The translations under genes and the position numbers were made by a program. Of a stretch of 64,000 nucleotides of DNA, positions 28,539 to 38,326 are shown one piece after another. The stretch's first letter is position 1. Every line of letters begins with the position of its first letter. Source of the DNA: Minisyncoccota bacterium. Lineage in GTDB: Bacteria; Patescibacteriota; Minisyncoccia; Phycocordibacterales; UBA5272. The stretch is from positions 77,471 to 141,470 of the forward strand of contig JAGOQU010000002.1 in assembly GCA_018063165.1 (NCBI GenBank), in the 5' to 3' direction. Below the pieces are notes generated by a model. That model was not told the DNA's origin, did no database searches, and saw only the letters and a program-made list of their open reading frames with translations.

Positions 28539-28546
28539 AAAAAACA

Positions 28547-28560
28547 AGGTGGTACCACGA
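28547..28560 (+). promoter_or_regulatory. T-box-like sequence motif in the ileS leader (hypothetical)
   Basis: AAGGTGGTACCACG matches the T-box consensus AGGGUGGNACCGCG at 12 of 14 positions. It lies about 75 nt upstream of the ileS ATG. Confidence 0.3.
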
Positions 28561-28632
28561 CCAAACATCGTCCTTGGAAAAGAAATTAAATTCTTTTCTG
28601 TGGGCGATTTTTATTTTACTAAAAAACAAATC

Positions 28633-31600
28633 ATGAGCAATAATCAAACTAACACCCCAAAAACAATAAGTGAAAAAGAACAGGAGACACTGAAGTTCTG
28701 GCAAGAAAATGCTATTTTTGAAAAAACAATAACAACTCCTGCTAACGAAGAAGCGCGAGGAGATTTTTCATTTTATGACGGACCTCCGTTTGCAACAGGA
28801 CTTCCTCACTATGGACATATTCTTGCGGGTACTATAAAAGATACAATACCTCGATATCAAACAATGAAAGGGAACAGTGTGCGTCGTGTGTGGGGGTGGG
28901 ATTGTCATGGTCTACCAATTGAAAATTTGATTGAAAAGAAACTTGGTCTTACAAGTAAAAAAGATATTGAGGATTTTGGTATTGATAAGTTTAATAAAGA
29001 TGCTAACGATAGTGTTCTTACATACGAAGAGGAATGGAAAAAAGTTGTTCCACGTCTTGGTAGATGGGCTGACATGGATAGACCGTACAAAACAATGGAT
29101 GCAACATATACAGAAAGTATTTGGTGGGCATGGAAACATTTACACGAAAAAGGTTTGGTATACGAGGGGCATAAAATGATGCACATATGTCCACGTTGTG
29201 AGACAACCCTTGCTCAAAGTGAAGTTGGTATGGAATACACAGATATTACAGATTTATCTGTTACAGCTAAGTTTGAACTTGTTGATGAACCAGGGACATT
29301 TGTTCTTGCGTGGACTACTACACCTTGGACTCTTCCAGGTAATAGTGCTCTTGCTGTTAAAGGAGATGCTTCATATGTAGTGGTTGATATAGATGGTATG
29401 GAAGGAAAGTATATTCTTGCAGAAGAAAGAGTTGAACATGTTCTTAAAGATATGAAGTGTGAAGTTGTTAAAAAAATGAAAGGTGAAGATTTGGTAGGAA
29501 AAAAATATATACCACCATTCCCATATTTTAAAGATTCTGATATTGAGTATAAAGAAAATGCGTTCAAGATTTGGCATGCTGATTTTATTACATTAGATAC
29601 AGGTACAGGTATTGCTCATGAGGCTCCAGCATTTGGTGCTGAAGATATGGATCTTGCAAAGCTTCATTCTATTCCTGTTATAAAGCATGTAAAAATGGAT
29701 GGAACATTCATATCTACAGTTACTGATTTTGCTGGAATAAAAGTAAAAGCAAAAGATGATACACAGTCAGCAGATATAGAAATTATTAAATGGCTTGCTC
29801 ATCATAATGTACTTTTTGAAAAACATAAAATTATACATTCATACCCACTTTGTTGGCGCTGTAAAACGCCGTTACTCAACTATGCAACGTCATCGTGGTT
29901 CGTTGATGTTCCGAAGATAAAAGACAAGCTTCTTTCTGAGAATCAGAAGATTGGGTGGACACCTGCGCACACACGTGACGGGCGTTTCGGTAAATGGTTA
30001 GAAGGTGCTCGTGAATGGGCTGTTTCACGTAGTCGTTATTGGGGTGCACCACTTCCAGTTTGGAAAAATGATGATGGTGAAGCGATGATGATTGGCTCTC
30101 TTAAAGAATTAGCAGAACATACATCACAAAAACCAAAAAATACATATTATATAATGCGTCATGGTGAGTCTGTGAGTAATCAAGATGGTATTCTTGAAAC
30201 TAAAGGTGATCCAAATAATCATTTAACAGAAAAAGGAAAAGCACAAGTTATGGATTCTCTTGCTCTTATTAAGTCTCTAGGTATTGATGTTATAATTACA
30301 TCTCCTTTTGTGAGAACAAGAGAAACTGCTGCTATTGTGTCATCTTTTTTAGATATACCTGTAGAGACCGAAGATAGAATACATGAATATGATATGGGTG
30401 AATTTAGTGGGAAGAAGGCTACAGAATATATGGAATATTATGGTCATTCATATTTACGTTTTAATACTCGTCCAAAAGGCGGTGAAACTCATGAAGAGAT
30501 GATGAATAGATCAATGAGTGCAATTATGGATTTTGAGAATCGTTACGAAGGTAAAAATATACTTGTGGTTACTCATGGCGGACCAGCTCGTATGATGCTT
30601 ATTGGTGGAGAACTTTACACAGAAGAAGAAGCTCTTCTTGATGAACGTGCAGTAATAACAACTCTGTATCTTGGTAATGCTGAAATACGAAAACTTAATT
30701 TAAAAATTGTACCACGTGATGAAACTGGTGCTGTTAATCTTCATAGACCATATATTGATAATGTAACGCTTTCAGTAAATGATAAAATATACACACGTAT
30801 ATTAGACGTATTTGATTGTTGGTTTGAGTCAGGGTCTATGCCGTTTGCTTCCATCCACTATCCGTTTGAAAATAAAAAAATATTTGATAAAAATTATCCA
30901 GCTGATTTTATTGCCGAAGGGGTTGATCAGACGCGTGGGTGGTTTTATTCACTTATTAATTTAGGTGTTGGTCTTTTTGATAAAGCACCATATAAACACG
31001 TTATAGTTAATGGTCATATATTGGCATCATCAGGTTTAAAACTTTCAAAGAGTGAAAAGAATTATACAGACCCAATGGAGCTTGTAGAAAAATATGGAGC
31101 AGATGCAATGAGATACGCTCTTATAGCTAGTCCTGCTGTTAAAGGTGAAAACGTTCAGTTTGATGATGAAAATGTTTCTGAGATATATAAGAAATGTATA
31201 TCTAGACTTGAGAATGTTGTGACTCTATATGAAATGAATAAACCAGAGAAGACTCAACCTTTGAATACTTCAGAAAATATTCTTGATAGTTGGATGATAT
31301 CCCGCATTAATGAACTTGTAACAGAATCAACAAAAGGATATGAAGAGTATATGCTTGAAGATGCTACAAGAGGTATAGCAGAAATTATTGATGATATATC
31401 TGTGTGGTATACAAGAAGATCAAGAGATCGTTTAAAAGGGGATGAGGGTGAGATGTCTAAGAAAGAAGCTTATCAAACACTAAAATATACGTTACTAACT
31501 CTTTCAAAAGTGATGGCACCAGTGATGCCTTTCATATCAGAAAGAATATATAAACAGTGTGATGGCGAAAAAGAATCTGTTCATTTAGAATCATGGCCGA

Positions 31601-32082
31601 TATCAGATAATATAGATTATGAAATAATTAAAGATATGAAGATTGTACGAGAACTTGTTTCCCTTGGTCTAATGAAAAGAACTGAAACAAAAATAAATGT
31701 AAAGCAACCACTTCTTTCTGTTTCATTTAAGAAAGTTGTTTCTGGTAAGTACAATAATCTTATTAAAGATGAGTTAAATGTAAAAGATGTTTTCTATAAT
31801 GATTCACAAAAAGAAGATGTTGTTCTTGATACAACGATCACAGAAGAGTTACAGAAGGAGGGTGATATACGTAAACTTATTCGTGCTGTTCAAGACATGA
31901 GAAAAGCAAAAGGACTTAAACAGGTAGACGAAATTAATCTTGTTGTTTCTTCATTAACATCTTTAGGGGATATGTCACTTCTTGTATCAACGTGTAAAAT
32001 AAAAGAAATTAAAGAAGATGTTAGTATTAAAGATAATAGTATTGAATTATCCTCAGGTGTTTTATGTTTTGTATTAGAGTAA
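28633..32082 (+). CDS. ileS: isoleucine--tRNA ligase (type 2-like) with an inserted histidine-phosphatase (PGAM-like) domain
   Basis: HYGH (HIGH) and KLSKS (KMSKS), the editing-domain region, WAVSRSRYWGAPLPVW and DCWFESGSMP. The start was placed at MSNNQTNTPKT because the track ORF extends upstream through the palindrome. Residues encoded by about 30139..30714 carry RHGESVSN and VVTHGG, characteristic of the histidine phosphatase superfamily. Confidence 0.85.
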   Translation: MSNNQTNTPKTISEKEQETLKFWQENAIFEKTITTPANEEARGDFSFYDGPPFATGLPHYGHILAGTIKDTIPRYQTMKGNSVRRVWGWDCHGLPIENLIEKKLGLTSKKDIEDFGIDKFNKDANDSVLTYEEEWKKVVPRLGRWADMDRPYKTMDATYTESIWWAWKHLHEKGLVYEGHKMMHICPRCETTLAQSEVGMEYTDITDLSVTAKFELVDEPGTFVLAWTTTPWTLPGNSALAVKGDASYVVVDIDGMEGKYILAEERVEHVLKDMKCEVVKKMKGEDLVGKKYIPPFPYFKDSDIEYKENAFKIWHADFITLDTGTGIAHEAPAFGAEDMDLAKLHSIPVIKHVKMDGTFISTVTDFAGIKVKAKDDTQSADIEIIKWLAHHNVLFEKHKIIHSYPLCWRCKTPLLNYATSSWFVDVPKIKDKLLSENQKIGWTPAHTRDGRFGKWLEGAREWAVSRSRYWGAPLPVWKNDDGEAMMIGSLKELAEHTSQKPKNTYYIMRHGESVSNQDGILETKGDPNNHLTEKGKAQVMDSLALIKSLGIDVIITSPFVRTRETAAIVSSFLDIPVETEDRIHEYDMGEFSGKKATEYMEYYGHSYLRFNTRPKGGETHEEMMNRSMSAIMDFENRYEGKNILVVTHGGPARMMLIGGELYTEEEALLDERAVITTLYLGNAEIRKLNLKIVPRDETGAVNLHRPYIDNVTLSVNDKIYTRILDVFDCWFESGSMPFASIHYPFENKKIFDKNYPADFIAEGVDQTRGWFYSLINLGVGLFDKAPYKHVIVNGHILASSGLKLSKSEKNYTDPMELVEKYGADAMRYALIASPAVKGENVQFDDENVSEIYKKCISRLENVVTLYEMNKPEKTQPLNTSENILDSWMISRINELVTESTKGYEEYMLEDATRGIAEIIDDISVWYTRRSRDRLKGDEGEMSKKEAYQTLKYTLLTLSKVMAPVMPFISERIYKQCDGEKESVHLESWPISDNIDYEIIKDMKIVRELVSLGLMKRTETKINVKQPLLSVSFKKVVSGKYNNLIKDELNVKDVFYNDSQKEDVVLDTTITEELQKEGDIRKLIRAVQDMRKAKGLKQVDEINLVVSSLTSLGDMSLLVSTCKIKEIKEDVSIKDNSIELSSGVLCFVLE

Positions 32083-32121
32083 TCTGTATACAGTAAATGT
32101 GAACATTACAAAAGAGTAGAT

Positions 32122-32676
32122 ATGGCTATAGAAAAGTACACAACTGAATGTATAGTGGTAGAGTCGTTCAATAACGGAGAGCACGATAAAGTATATAAAG
32201 TTTTTACAAGAGATTTTGGTATGATACTAGCGCATGCTAAAAGTATTAGAAAACTTGAAAGTAAACTTCGCGCACATATTCAAGAAAGAAGTGTAAGTCT
32301 GATTACTCTTGTACAAGGTAGAGATGTTTTTAGATTGGTTGGTGCAGAAGAGAGATATACAGAAAAAATGTTTATTCATGAAGTTGTTTCTCTTCTTAAA
32401 CGTTTTGTTCGTGGAGAGGGTGCACATAAAGCGTTATATGATAGACTTATTATTTTTTTAAAAACAAAAGCATCGTACGACATATCTTTATCAAGAACAC
32501 TTCTCTACTATATTGTTTTGGTTGAACTTGGGTATGCAGATTCTAAAGTTATTGGTGCAAAAAGTAATAAAGAATATGTTTCTTGGACAAATGATGATTT
32601 GTATACTCATTGTATTTTATCTCACGCTTTAGTAAAAGCACATGTGCATGATGTGCTTAAAGAAATGCAATTATAA
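32122..32676 (+). CDS. recO: RecO-like DNA repair protein (short form)
   Basis: 184 aa. The N-terminal OB-fold region (ECIVVESFNNGEHDKVYKVFTRDFGMILAHAKSIRK) resembles the RecO N-terminus. Shorter than canonical RecO. Confidence 0.4.
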   Translation: MAIEKYTTECIVVESFNNGEHDKVYKVFTRDFGMILAHAKSIRKLESKLRAHIQERSVSLITLVQGRDVFRLVGAEERYTEKMFIHEVVSLLKRFVRGEGAHKALYDRLIIFLKTKASYDISLSRTLLYYIVLVELGYADSKVIGAKSNKEYVSWTNDDLYTHCILSHALVKAHVHDVLKEMQL

Positions 32677-32754
32677 TGTATTTGATAGCCGAAATGTTAT
32701 TCAAAAAATATTGACAGTATCACTGTTATATGTGAAAAGTCTTTGCTATACTAG

Positions 32755-34638
32755 GTGTATATGCAATTATCTCATCAACCAGAACGAAGCGACAGTGCTC
32801 TAGATTCACTTGAGCATGAACTTTATAATCCAAAAAATAAAATGGAGATGGATGATCTTCATCGTGTGAGAGATAAAAAAACTCAAGAACTTCCTGTTTC
32901 ATGGGGTGATAATGCCCCAATCATTACTCATGGTAGAGATGAAAGTGGTTTTTCTTTTGGTGCAAAATTTTTAATTGTTGCTCTTATTTTACTTCTTGCT
33001 TCTGTTTCGTTTGCTTTATATCGTGTTATGTCTTCTAGTAGTGTTGTCTCATCTGCAAACATAGATATGTCTCTGGAGATGAATCCATATGTCGAAGGAG
33101 GAGAATCATCACCACTTTCATTTTCGTTGCACAACAGAAACACTGTACCTCTTCAAGATGCTTTTATAGTCGTTGAATATAAACGTGGGGCAGGATCTCA
33201 AGATGAAGAAGAAAAAGTATATGAAAAAAGAGAGCTCGGTAGTATTAATTCTGGAGATTTTAAACGTCAGGATTTTGACGTGGTTCTGTATGGTGCTGAA
33301 GCAGAACAAAGAAGTGTTACTGTAAAACTGGAATATAAAATAGCCGGATCAGGTGGATCATTTAGTAAAATAGCAACAGCTTCTACAATACTTAAAACAC
33401 CACAAATAGCTGTCCGCATAGATGGACCTGAAGTGCTTTCTGTTGGTCAAAGTGGCGTTTTTACTATTACTGTTAAAAATAATTCAGCAACAACTTCATT
33501 ACCTAGTGTTCTTCAACTAGCAATACCTAACACGCTTACCGTGACTAATTATGAGCCGAAACTTAGTTCCAGAGGTCAAATTTGGTCAGTGAAACCTCTT
33601 TCATCCGGTGAATCAAAAGTATTTACTGTAACAGGATATCTTTCTGGTAAACAAGGGGAAGTAGCAACAATGAAAGCTATAGTTGGTGCAGAGGGGAGTA
33701 ATAATACAAATATGGGAATTGTATATTCTTCTCAAACCATTGATATCAAATTACGTTCGTCTCCGCTTAATTTTGTAGTGGCGCTTGATACCCAAAATGG
33801 ACTTTCTGAAAAGATTAGATACGGAGATAGAGCAAATCTTTCTATAACATACACTAACACAAGTGATAGTCCTCTCTTTGATGTTTCTATTGAACTTCTG
33901 CTTTCTGGAGAAGCTCCGTTATATAAGGATATTTTTTCACAAGAAGGATATTATGATTCAATTAATAAAACAATAACATGGGATAAAACAAGTATACCTG
34001 CACTTGCTAATGTTCCAGCAAATTCAAACGCGACATTTGTTGTACAAATTCCGATGGTGACAAGTGGCAGTAATTCTCCTAATGTAAAAATGACTCTAAC
34101 GGGTAAGGCAACAGATAAAGAGTCTGATGATGTTATTTCTATCATTTCAAAAACATGGCAAGTAGAAGGTAGTGCTTCTCTTACAGCAAAAACATTACAC
34201 AAAAATTCTTCTTTACAAAATACAGGCCCTATACCACCTGAACCAAATATTGAAACTTCTTATACTGCACATCTTCTTGTGTCCGCTCAAAATGCTCTAG
34301 TTAATACAAAAGTTTCCTTTACACTTCCTACATACGTATCATGGACTGGTGTTGTTTCAACTTCATCATATGTAACATATGATAAAAAATTGCGTACAGT
34401 AACATGGAATATAGGTAACTTAGCAGCGGATGCTGTTGTACAAACAGATATAAATGTATTAGTAAAACCATCTCAGACACATGTTGGTAAAATGCCACCA
34501 ATTACTTCTGGTATAGTTCTTGATGCTGATGAAGAAATATCACGCTCTCACATAAAGACAACACTTTCACCTCTTACTACATATCTTGCAGGGGAGAATT
34601 GGGGAAGTGAAGACCCTTCTCGTGTTGCCGATAGATAA
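32755..34638 (+). CDS. type II membrane protein with large extracytoplasmic repeat region (CARDB/DUF11-like beta-sandwich repeats)
   Basis: 75 aa cytoplasmic N-terminus, one transmembrane helix, then a Ser/Thr-rich region with repeated VxVTNTS-type motifs. Confidence 0.35.
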   Translation: MYMQLSHQPERSDSALDSLEHELYNPKNKMEMDDLHRVRDKKTQELPVSWGDNAPIITHGRDESGFSFGAKFLIVALILLLASVSFALYRVMSSSSVVSSANIDMSLEMNPYVEGGESSPLSFSLHNRNTVPLQDAFIVVEYKRGAGSQDEEEKVYEKRELGSINSGDFKRQDFDVVLYGAEAEQRSVTVKLEYKIAGSGGSFSKIATASTILKTPQIAVRIDGPEVLSVGQSGVFTITVKNNSATTSLPSVLQLAIPNTLTVTNYEPKLSSRGQIWSVKPLSSGESKVFTVTGYLSGKQGEVATMKAIVGAEGSNNTNMGIVYSSQTIDIKLRSSPLNFVVALDTQNGLSEKIRYGDRANLSITYTNTSDSPLFDVSIELLLSGEAPLYKDIFSQEGYYDSINKTITWDKTSIPALANVPANSNATFVVQIPMVTSGSNSPNVKMTLTGKATDKESDDVISIISKTWQVEGSASLTAKTLHKNSSLQNTGPIPPEPNIETSYTAHLLVSAQNALVNTKVSFTLPTYVSWTGVVSTSSYVTYDKKLRTVTWNIGNLAADAVVQTDINVLVKPSQTHVGKMPPITSGIVLDADEEISRSHIKTTLSPLTTYLAGENWGSEDPSRVADR

Positions 34639-34685
34639 AATACTATGTGTTTCTTCGTGGAGGGCTCTTGTGTTAGAATGCATAT

Positions 34686-35729
34686 ATGAAAGAAACAACA
34701 CATATAAGTATTTCGTCAGGAACTATTATTAAAATACTTTTTTATTGTACTATATTTGCGGGGTTGTTTTATGTAAGAGATTTTGTTGTAGCTCTTTTAG
34801 TTGCTGTTGTTCTAGCGTCTGCTATCGAGATGCCTGTTAAAGCAATGTTAAAATGGGGAATCCCTAGATCTATTTCGGTTGTTATATTGTTTTTATCTTT
34901 AATTATTTCTATTGTATCTGTTGCGGTTATTTTTATTCCGACGATGGCAGATGATGTTGCGAAATTCATTAAGACGCTTCCACAGATTTTAGATTCTGTA
35001 AGAATTTTTGGGAAAGATATGGGTTTTAAAGATTTATCTCTTGCTATTCAAGAGCTTTCAAGAGATATATCAAAAGGTCAAATTTTAACAGTTATAAAAA
35101 ATGCTATTTTTGGTTCTAGTGGTTTTTTTGCAACAACGTCTGTTGTTATAGCTGGCGTGTTTAATTTTGTATTAACATTTGTTCTTGCTTTTTATTTATC
35201 TCTTGAAGAAAATGGTGTGCAAAAGTTTTTACGTTTAATCGTTCCAAAAATTAAAGAAGGGTACATAGAAGATTTGTGGGGCAGGGCTCAGAAAAAAATT
35301 GGACTTTGGATGCAGGGTCAATTATTGCTGTCACTTTTTGTTGCTCTTCTTGTATATGTTCCTTCTCTTATATTAAATATTCCTTATGCATCTCTGCTGG
35401 CTGTTCTAGCTTTTATTGGTGAACTAATTCCAATGGTTGGTCTCACTCTTGCAATGGTTCCAGCACTTTTCTTGGCGTGGACACATGGCGGTTTTGATCT
35501 TCTTTGGATAACTGGACTTATTTATTTTGCTATTTCTCAAATTGAGAGTCATATTTTGTATCCTAGGGTTATGAGTAAAATGGTCGGTGTTCCATCGGTT
35601 GTTGTTATTATCTCAATAGTAATTGGTGCTAAAATAGCTGGTATTTGGGGTGTAATACTTTCTGTGCCAATTGCTTCTGTTCTTATGGAGCTTGCGTCTG
35701 ATTTAGAAAAAAGAAAATCTCATGAATAA
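34686..35729 (+). CDS. AI-2E family transporter (UPF0118/PerM)
   Basis: 347 aa, about 8 transmembrane segments, with the characteristic C-terminal region (LYPRVMSKMVGVPSVVVIISIVIGAKIAGIWGVILSVPIASV). Confidence 0.7.
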   Translation: MKETTHISISSGTIIKILFYCTIFAGLFYVRDFVVALLVAVVLASAIEMPVKAMLKWGIPRSISVVILFLSLIISIVSVAVIFIPTMADDVAKFIKTLPQILDSVRIFGKDMGFKDLSLAIQELSRDISKGQILTVIKNAIFGSSGFFATTSVVIAGVFNFVLTFVLAFYLSLEENGVQKFLRLIVPKIKEGYIEDLWGRAQKKIGLWMQGQLLLSLFVALLVYVPSLILNIPYASLLAVLAFIGELIPMVGLTLAMVPALFLAWTHGGFDLLWITGLIYFAISQIESHILYPRVMSKMVGVPSVVVIISIVIGAKIAGIWGVILSVPIASVLMELASDLEKRKSHE

Positions 35730-37191
35730 TAAAAAGTTTTATATCACCACAACACTTCCTTATGTGAATTCTGATCCACATATTGGTTTTGCTATGGAGA
35801 TAGTAAGAGCGGATGTAATTGCGAGATATAAAAGTCTAACAGGGTGTGATGTATTTTTTAATACAGGAACAGATGAACATGGTGCAAAAATTTATGAAAA
35901 CGCTTGTATTAAAAATATATCACCGCAATCGTATGTGGATGGATATGCTTCAAAATTTAAAACATTAACCAGTGACCTTGCTATTGATAGTGTACATTTT
36001 ATTCGTACTACTGACGAAAAGCATATAGAAGCTGCAAAAGAAATATGGAAGCGTTGTTTTGATAATGGGTATATTTATAAAAAAACATATCAGACAAAAT
36101 ATTGTGTAGGGTGTGAGTTAAATAAAACAGATAGCGAGCTAGATAACGGTGTCTGCACACTTCATCCAAATAGAAGTATTGAACTAATTGATGAAGAAAA
36201 TTATTTTTTCAAGTTTTCTGAATTTCAAAAGCCACTTCTAGATTTTTATGAATCACACCCTGATTTTGTTATTCCTTCTTTTAGGTTTAATGAAATAAAA
36301 AATTTTGTTGAACGTGGTCTTGAAGATTTTTCTATTTCACGTCTTAAAGAAAAAATGCCGTGGGGTATTTCTGTTCCTAATGATGATGACCATGTGATGT
36401 ATGTATGGTTTGATGCACTTACAAGCTATATTTCTACACTAGGTTTTGGAACAGATAATAAAGATTTTTCTTTTTGGGAAGAAGGAGAGCCTGTTCAATA
36501 TTGTGGTAAAGATAATCTTCGTCAGCAGTCAGCTATGTGGCAAGCGATGCTTATGGCAGCAGGACTCCCTAATTCACGCCATATTATTATTAATGGATTT
36601 ATTACAGGTGTTGATGGTCAAAAAATGAGCAAATCACTTGGTAATGTAATATCACCATTTGATGTTCTTGATATATATAAAGAAGTAACAGAATATCCAG
36701 AAGATGTACTTCGTTTTGTTGTGCTTCAAAATCTTTCTTCTTTTGAAGATGGTGGTATTTCTCTTGATTCTATTAAAGTAAGTTATCAGGCTAATCTTCA
36801 GAATGGTATAGGAAATCTTACGAATCGTATTATGAAATTAGCAAGTTCTCACTTATCTGAACCAGTAAATATTTCTCATCTTCAAGGAATAAAATCCTTT
36901 ACCTCATCTCAGTGCGATGCGCTAAACACTTATGATATAAAACATTTTACAGATGAAATTCTAAAAGATATAAACGCTATAGATTCTTCAATAGCAGAAC
37001 TTGAACCTTTTAAAGTAATTAAAACTGATCGTGAGAAAGGGATTATTATGATAAGAACTCTTGTAGAATCTTTAGCGAGAGTAGCTAATGTATATTCTTG
37101 TGTGTTACCACATACATCAAAAAAAATTCTCGAATGTATTATTGAAAATAAAATGCCTGAAAAGCCACTTTTTAATCGTTTTGTATCATAA
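35722..37191 (+). CDS. metG: methionine--tRNA ligase (short form lacking the C-terminal tRNA-binding domain)
   Basis: PYVNSDPHIGF (a HIGH variant reading HIGF), FNTGTDEHGAKI and KMSKSLGNV. 489 aa. Confidence 0.8.
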   Translation: MNNKKFYITTTLPYVNSDPHIGFAMEIVRADVIARYKSLTGCDVFFNTGTDEHGAKIYENACIKNISPQSYVDGYASKFKTLTSDLAIDSVHFIRTTDEKHIEAAKEIWKRCFDNGYIYKKTYQTKYCVGCELNKTDSELDNGVCTLHPNRSIELIDEENYFFKFSEFQKPLLDFYESHPDFVIPSFRFNEIKNFVERGLEDFSISRLKEKMPWGISVPNDDDHVMYVWFDALTSYISTLGFGTDNKDFSFWEEGEPVQYCGKDNLRQQSAMWQAMLMAAGLPNSRHIIINGFITGVDGQKMSKSLGNVISPFDVLDIYKEVTEYPEDVLRFVVLQNLSSFEDGGISLDSIKVSYQANLQNGIGNLTNRIMKLASSHLSEPVNISHLQGIKSFTSSQCDALNTYDIKHFTDEILKDINAIDSSIAELEPFKVIKTDREKGIIMIRTLVESLARVANVYSCVLPHTSKKILECIIENKMPEKPLFNRFVS

Positions 37192-37225
37192 AAATATACC
37201 AGTCATTAAGACTGGTATATGTATA

Positions 37226-38221
37226 TTAACTAAGAAAACCAACATTTGTTTTCTTGTTAATTTTAATGGGTGAATGTTTGATATGTATGCTAGAACTTTT
37301 ATATAGTTTTGCATTACCAAACCCACTCATAAGAATACGTCGCATTTCACGTGGTCCAAAATCAGACAGAATATTCAGAACTTCATCTTTTGGAGTTTCT
37401 TCAAAATATTTACCCCAGTTATGAAGTGATCGTATCGATGTATATAGATTATAAGCAACTTTACGAGATTGTTCACGCGTTGGTTTTTTAATTTCAAAGA
37501 CATTCATTCTGTTAAGAATTGGTTCTGGAATAGAACGTTCATCATTAGCGGTCGTCACCCAGATGACTTGACTTGCATCAATTGGAATATCTGCAAATTC
37601 ATCTGTAAATGTTTTTGCTGTGTCATGCTCAAGTAATCCATAGAGTGCACCAAGAGGGTCATATTGAGCAAAGTTACTTGCTTTATCAATTTCATCAACA
37701 ACAATAACAGGGTTTGCGTACTCTCCTGTAACGAGTGTTTCAAAAATTTTACCAGGTCCTGAGTGTTGCCATTTTGATGCAGAGCCAGAAAGTATCCAGC
37801 CTGCTGTGGTAGAACTCATGGAGACTAAAGACATGCTCGTGCCTAATAGATCACCAATTTTTTGAGAAAAAAATGTTTTACCTACTCCAGGTGGTCCAAG
37901 AAGTAATATCGGTGTTATTTCAAGACCGTCATCACTATCTTCGCATAATGCAACATTTCTTTTTATATCATCTAAAACCTCTTCAAAGTTTGGTAATTCT
38001 TCATAAAGTGACTCCATGTCTGGAGTACCAGAAAGAGTCACATGAAAACGTTCGCCACCACGTTCAAGCATTTCCATATACATAAGACGGAGATCGTCAT
38101 TTGCATTTTCCCGCAAACTTGTTAATCGTTTTTCTACGTCGTGTTTGTGATATACATGACGCATTTTTGCTATTGGAAATCTAATCTTGTCGCTTTTTTT
38201 AGGAATAGTTCTTTGTTCCAT
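37226..38221 (-). CDS. Lon-like AAA+ ATPase module without protease domain
   Basis: LLLGPPGVGKTFFSQ (Walker A), VIVVDEIDKAS (Walker B) and PILNRMNVFEI match the Lon ATPase domain (GPPGVGKTS, LDEIDK, LLDRMEVI). No Lon protease Ser-Lys dyad region. Confidence 0.55.
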   Translation of the reverse strand: MEQRTIPKKSDKIRFPIAKMRHVYHKHDVEKRLTSLRENANDDLRLMYMEMLERGGERFHVTLSGTPDMESLYEELPNFEEVLDDIKRNVALCEDSDDGLEITPILLLGPPGVGKTFFSQKIGDLLGTSMSLVSMSSTTAGWILSGSASKWQHSGPGKIFETLVTGEYANPVIVVDEIDKASNFAQYDPLGALYGLLEHDTAKTFTDEFADIPIDASQVIWVTTANDERSIPEPILNRMNVFEIKKPTREQSRKVAYNLYTSIRSLHNWGKYFEETPKDEVLNILSDFGPREMRRILMSGFGNAKLYKSSSIHIKHSPIKINKKTNVGFLS

Positions 38222-38326
38222 TGATACGCTCCTTGATAGATTGTTACATGTACTTTCTTATCCAATACTATGCTTTTTATATAATATAGTCAAAATAGAA
38301 GAATTTATGCTATTATTTTAATATCT

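Noticed and set aside
28492-28632. N-terminal extension of the ileS ORF starting at 28492
   Set aside because: It would translate through a perfect 40 bp palindrome and the T-box-like motif. The conserved IleRS N-terminus begins at MSNNQTNTPKT (28633).
28905-29577. Several 60 to 117 aa ORFs on both strands inside ileS
   Set aside because: They overlap a strongly supported class I synthetase reading frame. They are typical spurious frames in AT-rich DNA.
30139-30714. IleRS insertion as an intein
   Set aside because: There is no Cys/Ser at the N-terminal splice junction and no His-Asn at the C-terminal junction. The insert instead has RHG and HGG catalytic motifs of PGAM-type phosphatases.
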